Assembly: GCA_040954595.2 (NCBI GenBank)
Contig: CM082591.2
Coordinates: 9,999,309 to 10,063,308, forward strand
Length of the DNA stretch: 64,000 nt
From: Balanoglossus misakiensis
Taxonomy: Eukaryota > Animalia > Hemichordata
Direction of reading: 5' to 3'
This document shows, piece after piece, positions 1 through 9,300 of this stretch. The notes below the pieces were generated by a model. That model did not search any database. It saw only the letters and a program-made list of their open reading frames with translations, and was not told where the DNA came from. The first letter of the stretch is position 1. Every line of letters begins with the position of its first letter. The translations under genes were made by a program, and so were the position numbers.

Positions 1-1
1 C

Positions 2-765
2 CAATGAAACGATGCCTTTGGAAGCAAACAAAGGCCGAAAAATGTAACAGGAAGAATCTGCTGGAATGCCAGAAACACTCAAATACCTCTCAAGATATGT
101 AACAGGACAGGTGAGTTTACCTGTTTTGGCAATGTGAACAATATTGCCCTTCTTGTATTGGTCATTCTTGCTTTTGTCAATGACAATCGAAACATGTGAA
201 GAAGAAAATGCAATGTGAGATCTCTTAATGTTAATAACATCACTAAATCTAAGAAAACCAGCAAATGCAACAAGAATAAGACAGATGTCTCTTATATCAC
301 GCAGAGAATGGGAATCTTTGAAGAATTCCACTACATTTGTGAGGATTTCTGGAGTGACTGCTTCTTTTTTGCTCACAGGTCTCCCAAGCAACCGCTTAGC
401 TGATTCCACTAAATTCTTAACGAATGGATGCTGCGTGGGAGAAGTTAAACCTGATGTATGATGTACCCACTGAATACTGTAAACAGCAGTTTCCACTGAA
501 TGTCTAGTATTCCCTCCCTGAATCGAATTCTGAATAAGCCCACTCAAATACAAAGCAACATGTGAGGCTTCTGCAGGAACAACTGGAAAAGAATGTTTGA
601 CCGCAAAGGTGGCCCATTTCTGGAAAGCGTTTGTATACAACTTGACAGTAGAGTCTGCTCGTGAAGCCATGGCAATACTTGGGAGGTGCTTCACCAGTTG
701 TTGCAGCTCTGGATCTTCCAGATTACTAAATTCTTTCCATATTCCATGGTCAAACACATCCGCTT
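2..765 (-). CDS. Tyrosine recombinase (YR) of the retroelement, C-terminally truncated by the window edge
   Basis: Manual translation (not in the ORF track because no stop is reached): ADVFDHGIWKEF...MASRADSTVKLYTNAFQKW...LILVAFAGFLRFSDV...IDKSKNDQYKKG...TGKLTCPV...YIFRP. FAGFLRxS (catalytic Arg), KSKxDQ (catalytic Lys) and CPV are typical of retroelement YRs. The first ATG is at 670-668. Confidence 0.92.
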
Positions 766-901
766 CTGCAAAAATAAAATTTTGAGTGATCAATTCTTAC
801 AACTTAACGCCATAGTTCCCATCGGATGGCAATCAGAAGTATCAGGCTTCTATGGACCCTTTCTTAGACTGGTCACTAGAGCCTCCCACTATGGGGAACA
901 G

Positions 902-3064
902 TCAACACATCTTGCCCATGTAAACTGTGGAAAATTCCTTATTGAACATTCGACATGGAATGCTGAAATCTATCCACAATGCAAGTACTCTAAAACTGAG
1001 TGGTCTTCCACCGAAGACTGAATTTCTGCCCTTACCTGGCAGGAAAAGTAATGGATCATTGCTTGGTAATTCTAACCAAGCATGTATGAACGGAGCTAAA
1101 TGCACCCCATCAGGGCAAATCAAAGGCCAAAAATAGGCCGATCTCCACAGCGGGATTACCAAAGCTCCCTTTCCCTTGCAGAATTGGAGGTGCCTTAATG
1201 TCCTGCCTATTAGATATGTAGGTGGTACCAACCAGTTGACCTCTGACCCCCAATCTTGTGTAAAAGCATCCATTGCTGCTGTATTAGGACACCAAAACCG
1301 GGAATTGAAGATCACGCACTTAGCATTGTATGATGATGCAAATCTATCTACCCGGAACGGTCCCCAATGCTTGCTCAACAGTTTAAAATAACGCAAGTTT
1401 ACTGACCAATCGTCTGTATCCACAAGCTTGCTTATGTAATCTGCACGCTCATTGGCTGATCTAGGCACCCACTCTGGCTCGATTGAAATCCCAAACTGCA
1501 TGCAAACTGCAAAAATTGCCAGAGCTATCTTCTGTAACTCAGGTTTCATACTGCCCTTATTGACAATTGTCACTACGTTTTGGTTATCAGTAAACCACTT
1601 GACGTGCCGTCCCGCAACAAAACTGGCTATAGATAACAGCACTTTATACACTGCTTGTAATTCTCGCCAGGTGGAACTCTGTTCCGACTCATATGTGCTC
1701 CAGTTACCGTGAGCTACCACATTACTGTGTTCCACAATATAACCTCCATATGCATTTTGCGATGCGTCCGAGTATATGACCGATTCTGCTTTGGAACAAT
1801 TCCAAAGTGGCATGCCATTTAACTTACCTAGATTTGCCTGCCAAAATTCTAGTTCATTAATGGCAGGCTTTGTCAACCCAACAAAACTGTTCCAGGATTG
1901 TCTGTTGCAGATCACAAAATACAGATGTCGTGTCATAAGCAATGTGATATTACCTACACCTGACCTCATGGAAATGATCTGCCCTACCACATGGGCTAGT
2001 CTACGTACAGGAACTGAAGCATTGCATCTAGTAAACTCTAGCAAATTCTGAATTGAATTCAGCAATCTACTGATTCTATCGATCGTTATGAACAACTTAC
2101 CTTCTACCATGTTTATGACATTGCCTAGCCATGTCAAAACTTGCACAGGAAACCATATGCATTTGTGCTCACTTGTAATAAAGCCAAATTTTGCCAGATC
2201 TGATCTCACCTGTTCCGCTTCCTTTAAGGCTTTTTCAAAGGGACCAGCGGCCCCCAGCCCATCATCAATAAAGACCACTACTGACTTACCTTCTCCTCTC
2301 CACTTCCTGACAATTGGACGAAGTAACTTGGTAAAAATATACGGGCCTGTAGCTAGGCCGAAAGGCAAAACACAGAATTTGAAATATCTTCTGCCTTCAT
2401 CAAAATCCCAGGCGAAACCAAGAAACTTACGGTGCTCCGGGAAAATTTCGACATGATGATATCCTGACTTGAGATCGAACTTGAACAAGAATTTACCTGA
2501 ACCAAGAAATTCCTTGGCCACCCTGAGGTCTTCACACTTAAACTTGTTCTTGTACAAAAAGAGATTAACTCTCCTTAGATCCAAAATAAACCTTTTCTTT
2601 CCCTCCCTACTGACTGAAACTGAGATGGGATTGCAAACATATGGCTGTGAAGGCACTTCTTCGATAGCCCCCGTATCTAAAAAATCGAGAATGGAAAATT
2701 CCACGAAATCACGATGCACCAGCGCAGAACGATTGTTCTGAGAAAACATGGGCGCGGGAAAAGACAAAAGTGGCAATTTGTAGCCAAACTGGACCACACT
2801 AACAATAGACGGCGGTGCGTGTTGGCGCCAAAACGCAAGATTTTTCAGCAGAGAACCCCGAACTTTCACTGATTTTGGCGGGCTACCAAAAACTAAAGAA
2901 CCGGGTGAAACAGTGGTAAAATCCACCAATGAAACATGAATGAACTCATGTTCATCCCTCATCAAGGAATCAAAATCCCCATCGCTAAACCTGCTTACAT
3001 CATCATCGCTAGTTTCTGAAAATGGGATATCAGTACTTAACTGTGTTGACAATTCTTCTGTCAT
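902..3064 (-). CDS. pol: reverse transcriptase + RNase H + Dam-methylase-like (MT) domain
   Basis: 720-aa ORF. RT motifs: KKRFILDLR, FDLKSGYHH, VLPFGL, FIDD, WLG. RNase H motifs: IYSDAS, SSTWREL, WFTDNQ, WVPRSANERAD. C-terminal DRFAS..N.K..FNSRFW..DAFTQDW..NWLVPP matches the DIRS MT-like domain. Confidence 0.95.
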   Translation of the reverse strand: MTEELSTQLSTDIPFSETSDDDVSRFSDGDFDSLMRDEHEFIHVSLVDFTTVSPGSLVFGSPPKSVKVRGSLLKNLAFWRQHAPPSIVSVVQFGYKLPLLSFPAPMFSQNNRSALVHRDFVEFSILDFLDTGAIEEVPSQPYVCNPISVSVSREGKKRFILDLRRVNLFLYKNKFKCEDLRVAKEFLGSGKFLFKFDLKSGYHHVEIFPEHRKFLGFAWDFDEGRRYFKFCVLPFGLATGPYIFTKLLRPIVRKWRGEGKSVVVFIDDGLGAAGPFEKALKEAEQVRSDLAKFGFITSEHKCIWFPVQVLTWLGNVINMVEGKLFITIDRISRLLNSIQNLLEFTRCNASVPVRRLAHVVGQIISMRSGVGNITLLMTRHLYFVICNRQSWNSFVGLTKPAINELEFWQANLGKLNGMPLWNCSKAESVIYSDASQNAYGGYIVEHSNVVAHGNWSTYESEQSSTWRELQAVYKVLLSIASFVAGRHVKWFTDNQNVVTIVNKGSMKPELQKIALAIFAVCMQFGISIEPEWVPRSANERADYISKLVDTDDWSVNLRYFKLLSKHWGPFRVDRFASSYNAKCVIFNSRFWCPNTAAMDAFTQDWGSEVNWLVPPTYLIGRTLRHLQFCKGKGALVIPLWRSAYFWPLICPDGVHLAPFIHAWLELPSNDPLLFLPGKGRNSVFGGRPLSFRVLALWIDFSIPCRMFNKEFSTVYMGKMC

Positions 3065-3073
3065 TCCATATAG

Positions 3074-3787
3074 TCAGGGCTTCCCGCCGCCACTACCATT
3101 ACCACCACCAGTAGTGCTCGCCACCATCGCTCTACATTCCGACCTGTAGTGTCCCGCCTTCCCGCAGGCGAAACATACCCCGGGCCTCTGACTCGTTCCA
3201 AATGAGTTCCGTTTCGTAGCTGGTTCAGTCTGTTGGCTGAAAGAATCCGACTTCTGCGAAAAGCGGGGTTTCTTGTTTTTCTTCTCTTTGAGTTTTCGAC
3301 TCGCTCTCATTTCTGCCTTCCATATTCTTTTTTCGTCATCACTATCCTCTGCTAGCTCATGGGACTGGTATTCCAGTGCTGTTCCCCAACCGAAGTCAGA
3401 ACTATCTGCTAGCAATATAAGTTTTTGTCTTTGGTTGACCATGTCAATACCTTTAGCGAGTTTCAGCTTGGCATCTTCGAAATTCTTCAACTCCATACTG
3501 GTTTTGCTATCGTCCAACGTGTCCAACACCTTACAGTTGTGCTTGTATTGATCCTCGTTGGCTTTTCTTTTGAAGCGTGGAACTTCCGCAAATTTGATCT
3601 TCTTTATCTCCGCCATCTGCTCTCGATTTACTACTTCTTGAGTGGACTGTAAGTCATGTTTCATCGTAGTCATTTTATCCGTCACTAGCTGATTGATGGA
3701 TACTAACAACTGGTTGTTGTTCGCCTGTATGATCCTCTGAATGTCTATGGCAGGATCGTTGTTGGGATTACCATCAGCTGCTGACAT
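3074..3787 (-). CDS. gag-like protein with a C-terminal CCHC zinc knuckle
   Basis: 237-aa ORF directly upstream of pol, with a coiled-coil-like N-terminal half and CFACGKAGHYRSEC (CX2CX4HX4C). Confidence 0.9.
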   Translation of the reverse strand: MSAADGNPNNDPAIDIQRIIQANNNQLLVSINQLVTDKMTTMKHDLQSTQEVVNREQMAEIKKIKFAEVPRFKRKANEDQYKHNCKVLDTLDDSKTSMELKNFEDAKLKLAKGIDMVNQRQKLILLADSSDFGWGTALEYQSHELAEDSDDEKRIWKAEMRASRKLKEKKNKKPRFSQKSDSFSQQTEPATKRNSFGTSQRPGVCFACGKAGHYRSECRAMVASTTGGGNGSGGGKP

Positions 3788-4357
3788 TTCGTAGGAGAAC
3801 GAGGGGCTACCGACGAGCGAAAAATTTAACGGATCACAAGGCGACTAGTACTTGACTGGCCGGTGGTAGCGCGTAGACTGACCTGATTAACCCCACCTAC
3901 TTGATATTCATACTCCCATAAACAGCGCCCTCACGAAACAACAAAACATTTATTTCTCCCTATACGTTGTACCTTGAGAAATAACATATTACTCTTTACT
4001 TATGAAGAGAAATTGTTGTTAGAGACTGGGTTTCAAAAAAACACCGAGGACGTCGGGCCATCAGTGTGCATTCAACGTCTTATAACTAAGCATGAATATA
4101 CGGTGCTGGCATAATGTGAGTGTGGCCATACGGTGCTTTCACTATTAATGAACAACTTGTACGTTAACAAATGTCAGTTTTGTTGGCAAAAAGTATGTTT
4201 TTGGCTTTTCACAACATTTAACATACATTCATAGTTCAATAACTTGTGAATTGTGGACCTAAACGTTCATACGTTCAATATTCTGGTGTTTTTAACGGAG
4301 CGGTCGGTCACGATGTTACCAGCGAGCATGTACAGTCTAAACTAAATCCTCGTTGTG

Positions 4358-4400
4358 TATGTTTATTTGTTTGTTTGTTTGTTTGTTTGTTTGTTTGTTT
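4358..4400. repeat. (TTTG)n microsatellite
   Basis: Read directly from the sequence. Confidence 0.9.
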
Positions 4401-5940
4401 TTGTTGTTTTTACATGCTATTACATACAAATATGAAAAGTTTCATTTCAGTTATTCATTAAAATGCAAACATTTGTCAAAAAACATATGAATAGACACCT
4501 CACAGGCCATAGTCGTATCTTTAGCTTTCAGTTGTCAATTTTAGCATGACATCATGACTAATTAAGCTAATTTTGCATATTTTCCATGCTGCACCTTGTC
4601 TGACAAGGTAAACGATTGCATATTTGAATTCCTTGACCCTGAAAACATTGGAATAGACACCTCACTTAACACCGTTGGCTCTCTTTTGTAGACCCATTGA
4701 TTTTAGATGGGCGTGTCACCTAATTAACATAAATTAGCATTTTTACCAATTCACCAAATGTTTCTTAATTAAACAAATTGTTTAAAAATATTTAAATGAA
4801 TATAAGAATATGATTTCAATAGACTATTATGGTGTTGACCTGTGATATTGCACCATAATGGCTACAAACAGCGTTTTCTTCAGGTATTTTGAAATTATGA
4901 CGTCACAAATTAATTTGCCATTTTCGACATGAAAACGTGAAAAGAATTTTTGGGAACAGGCAAATTCGAAATCAGCGTATTCGAAATATCCAAAAACAAC
5001 TTGTTCCCAGCTTGTACCAAAAAATGCCTGACATGCTTTTAAAATGCTCATTTTCTGAAATTTCCACCTGACTACCATGGTTAGGCCTACAGTGAACAAA
5101 TTTTCAACAATATTTTCTGAGTTACCGCTGATATTTGTTTTGTAGTATGGATATTAAATTATACATCCCGATACAAAGCAGAATGTTATAGACTCCTTCC
5201 TGAGTGATATTGAAAACATTACCGGAATGCTACCGCCTAATCTATGGTTAGGGTTATTGCTATTATTTTATATCAGTAATCGACTTTGTGTATATCAATG
5301 TCATTTTCATAACGAAAATGAACTCGAGTCTAATGTAAACGTTACGAATTGATCGAAAGGCGCTCTGATGAATGTTAACACGAGTGCGCAGTGACAAGAC
5401 ATGCATCGTGCATGACAGTGACAACAGTTCCTATAGAGCAGTTAAAAAATAAACCGGCCGTCCGTAAATTTATCAGCTATATTTTTTTTTATTTAGTCAC
5501 GTTTTCCCTGTTGCATGCTATTAGTTCAGGGGCCAGTTTTAGCAGTGCTCTATTGAGTACTTTCGTATCGATGGATTGATCTCTCGTCCAATCAGAATGG
5601 CGGATGGTAGCATGATCCGACATATTGCGTATTACAATAGGGCTTCCTCATACAGGTCAGAACGGAGAGGTCATTCCTTTTATTTTAGGACGTCTCAGCT
5701 CCTTTGTCTTTTCTGTTATAGTGTTAAAGAAATCAAACGGTTTTGTTTTGGCCGGTAAACACCGATGGATTAACTCTTTAGTCCATCGTGCATCCAAACG
5801 CAGTCGAGTCGGTTTGGTCATTGTTTATGCGACAGTAAATGCCAAATGTGACAGAAGCATCATATTAAATGAGATAGAATACACAAACAAACAAACATAC
5901 GAATAAACAAACAGGCAAACAAACAAACAAACAACCATTA

Positions 5941-6194
5941 GGGACTGTTCAGAATTTACTTCCAAGTTGGGGATGGAGGATTTTTTATTTTCCTGGTGAT
6001 TTTTTTCTATGGTCTCCCCTAGTAAATTGTGGAGGAAATATGTGGACCCTCCTTAAATTTCCTGGGGATTTTCCATGGTCCCCCTATTGTGACTTTTATG
6101 TCTAGTCTCCCCTAATTTGTCTTGGAGAAAATGGGTGGTCCCCCCCCCCCTCTGAAAATTCTCCGCCCCCTGGAAGTAAATTCTGAACAGTCCC
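5941..6194. mobile_element. PIF/Harbinger (Tourist-like) MITE, one copy in each of the 17 full units
   Basis: 24-bp TIR GGGACTGTTCAGAATTTACTTCCA / TGGAAGTAAATTCTGAACAGTCCC, flanked by TTA at 5938-5940 and 6195-6197. Confidence 0.85.
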
Positions 6195-6298
6195 TTATTA
6201 AAGCCAACAGCTAGCACCCTGGCTTCTCTGCCAGAGGAGCGATAACATCGACAAAATGCAGGTACACAAGAAATGAGCACTTTATTCCACAAGTGAAG

Positions 6299-6386
6299 TA
6301 GTCTGTTCCCTGCCCCATTCCCACCGCTGGCTGCGCCCTTTAGCGTAGCGCCGATGGCAGTGGGAATGGGGCAGGGGACCAGACTA
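6299..6386. mobile_element. 88-bp palindromic MITE with TAG..CTA ends and 9-bp TSD (AcademH-like non-autonomous), one copy per full unit
   Basis: Arms TAGTCTGTTCCCTGCCCCATTCCCAC / GTGGGAATGGGGCAGGGGACCAGACTA. Direct repeat CAAGTGAAG at 6290-6298 and 6387-6395. The family call rests only on termini and TSD length. Confidence 0.8.
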
Positions 6387-9300
6387 CAAGTGAAGAACCC
6401 CAGTAACAGACGTAACGAACAAACAAACTACATGTACTAACAACAAAGCAAGAAAAGTGTCAAGCGTCGTCAAAGAAAACGAAAAAGTTCTAGCATGGTT
6501 GGTAAAAGTTATTGGTAGAAAACGAATAGGGCCTTCTACAAATGACGTCTCAGACCCGCAAACGCCACCAGAACACAAAACACATGCACAGAACAGTTTA
6601 AGCCGGTTGTTGTATGGAGCAGCAATAATCTGCGGTTGGGCCGTCGTAGATTTTCGCTGGTGGTGAAAATAAATAAAACACGATCGATGTTCGATTTATT
6701 CCAGATCACATGCGTTTACGGCCAGGAGAGAGCATAAAAGTCTTCAAATGACCATGTGGTGGCGCACTTTTTCCGATTGGCTGTATTTCAATTTGTTCGT
6801 GGTAAATTAATTTTGTGGAGGTGACCGGCACTGAAGCTCTTAGCTAGGATGAGGTGGGATTGAAAAATGCCCCATTTTAGCTGTTTTAAAATATACGACT
6901 ATTTATAGACAAAAGGAAAATAAAACAAGCGCAAAAACATACCAAACCTAGTTTTATTAATTAAAAACAAAATTGCTGAGTAAAGGTTTTCATGTGGGCA
7001 TTCACTTTGAACTTGCTAAATTAATTTAAAGAGACAAAGTCGCTCTCTCTTTGTCCTTTTGCGATGATAGAATGCTTGCTTGAAGTCTCTCGTGCAATAA
7101 ATGATGTCGATTCATACATGTATGGATGGTGTATAGGTGGTCGGAATTTACATGTCTTTGCCACGACCAAACCAACAACACGTAAAATCAAAGTTTGGGT
7201 CATGAAATCGAGTTTTGTTACAGTCTGGAATTTCATGCCACCCCTTATGGTCATATTATTCTTGGTAGGCAAAAGTGACAAGTAGTCAAGTTTCAACACA
7301 GGCAACATTTTTTACAAACAAACCACAAAGAAGACATCAAAAGGGAGAGAATTATAGAATGGTCAATGTGTGAAAAGTTAAGATAGGTAAAGTGGCCGGG
7401 TTCAACATTAACTCATCGACTTCATATAGTCTTCATGCCATGGTTTTTGCCTGCCCTGAAAGTTCTTGTCGTTGCAGAAGTGGTTTTGACAGAAAGAATT
7501 TAGTCTTCCGGGATGTTTGTGATTATTTGAACACCAGACAATACAATGCAACCTTGACTTCCAAAATACTTACCGGCATTGCATTATCTTACCATGGTTA
7601 GGCCTACAGTGAACAAACTTTCAACAATATTTTCTGAGTTACCGCTGATATTTGTTTTGTAGTATGGATATTAAATTATACATCCCGATACAAAGCAGAA
7701 TGTTATAGAATCCTTCCTGAGTGATATTGAAAAAATTACCGGAATGCTACCGCCTAATCTATGGTTAGGGTTATTGCTATTATTTTATATCAGTAATCGA
7801 CTTTGTGTATATCAATGTCATTTTCATAACGAAAATGAACTCGAGTCTAATGTAAACGTTACGAATTGATCGAAAGGCGCTCTGATGAATGTTAACACGA
7901 GTGCGCAGTGACAAGACATGCATCGTGCATGACAGTGACAACAGTTCCTATAGAGCAGTTAAAAAAATAAACCGGCCGTCCGTAAATTTATCAGCTATAT
8001 TTTTTTTTTATTTAGTCACGTTTTCCCTGTTGCATGCTATTAGTTCAGGGGCCAGTTTTAGCAGTGCTCTATTGAGTACTTTCGTATCGATGGATTGATC
8101 TCTCGTCCAATCAGAATGGCGGATGGTAGCATGATCCGACATATTGCGTATTACAATAGGGCTTCCTCATACAGGTCAGAACGGAGAGGTCATTCCTTTT
8201 ATTTTAGGACGTCTCAGCTCCTTTGTCTTTTCTGTTATAGTGTTAAATAAATCAAACGGTTTTGTTTTGGCCGGTAAACACCGATGGATTAACTCTTAAG
8301 TCCATCGTGCATCCAAACGCAGTCGAGTCGGTTTGGTCATTGTTTATGCGACAGTAAATGCCAAATGTGACAGAAGCATCATATTAAATGAGATAGAATA
8401 CACAAACAAACAAACAAACATACGAATAAACAAACAGGCAAACAAACAAACAAACAACCATTAGGGACTGTTCAGAATTTACTTCCAAGTTGGGGATGGA
8501 GGATTTTTTATTTTCCTGGTGATTTATTTCCATGGTCTCCCCTAGTAAATTGTGGAGGAAATATGTGGTCCCTCCTTAAATTGCCTGGGGATTTTCCATG
8601 GTCCCCCTATTGTGACTTTTATGTCTAGTCTCCCCTTATTTGTCTTGGAGAAAATGGGTGGTCCCCCCCCCTCTGAAAATTCTCCGCCCCCTGGAAGTAA
8701 ATTCTGAACAGTCCCTTATTAAAGCCAACAGCTAGCACCCTGGCTTCTCTGCCAGAGGAGCGATAACATCGACAAAATGCAGATACACAAGAAATGAGCA
8801 CTTTATTCCACAAGCGAAGTAGTCTGTTCCCTGCCCCATTCCCACCGCTGGCTGCGCCCTTTAGCGTAGCGCCGATGGCAGTGGGAATGGGGCAGGGGAC
8901 CAGACTACAAGTGAAGAACCCCAGTAACAGACGTAATGAACAAACAAACTACATGTACTAACAACAAAGCAAGAAAAGTGTCAAGCGTCGTCAAAGAAAA
9001 CGAAAAAGTTCTAGCATGGTTGGTAAAAGTTATTGGTAGAAAACGAATAGGGCCTTCTACAAATGACGTCTCAGACCCGCAAACGCCACCAGAACACAAA
9101 ACACATGCACAGAACAGTTTAAGCCGGTTGTTGTATGGAGCAGCAATAATCTGCGGTTGGGCCGTCGTAGATTTTCGCTGGTGGTGAAAATAAATAAAAC
9201 ACGATCGATGTTCGATTTATTCCAGATCACATGCGTTTACGGCCAGGAGAGAGCATAAAAGTCTTCAAATGACCATGTGGTGGCGCACTTTTTCCGATTG

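Larger units (their letters stand above)
1..3987 (-). mobile_element. DIRS-order tyrosine-recombinase retrotransposon (DIRS1/PAT-like), 3' end outside window
   Basis: Order gag(CCHC) - RT/RNaseH/MT-like - YR on the minus strand, with no internal stops. The 5' end is approximate: the minus strand reads TGTTATTTCTCAAGG...GGGAGAAATAAAT near 3987-3948, which could be a terminal-repeat segment containing AATAAA. Confidence 0.93.

Noticed and set aside
215-3652. Plus-strand ORFs over the retroelement
   Set aside because: They are antisense shadows of gag, pol and YR.
5355-5390. Hammerhead ribozyme or C/D snoRNA at GAAA..CTGATGA
   Set aside because: There is no room for stems I and III, no GAAA after a stem II, and no nearby box D.
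5073-5719. Segment A as the LTR of a tandem TRIM
   Set aside because: No TG..CA ends, PBS, polypurine tract or flanking TSD was found.
6752-6766. CTCF site CCATGTGGTGGCGC
   Set aside because: Three mismatches in the motif core; not supportable without ChIP data.
7452-7472. U3 snoRNA 5' similarity (ACTTTCAGGG, minus strand)
   Set aside because: Only a 10-nt match, with no continuation of box A and no other boxes.
7567-7597. U1 snRNA (ATACTTACC-GGCA...TACCATG)
   Set aside because: Only the first ~13 nt resemble U1. The stem-loops and Sm site are missing, and the match is simply the reverse complement of a splice donor.
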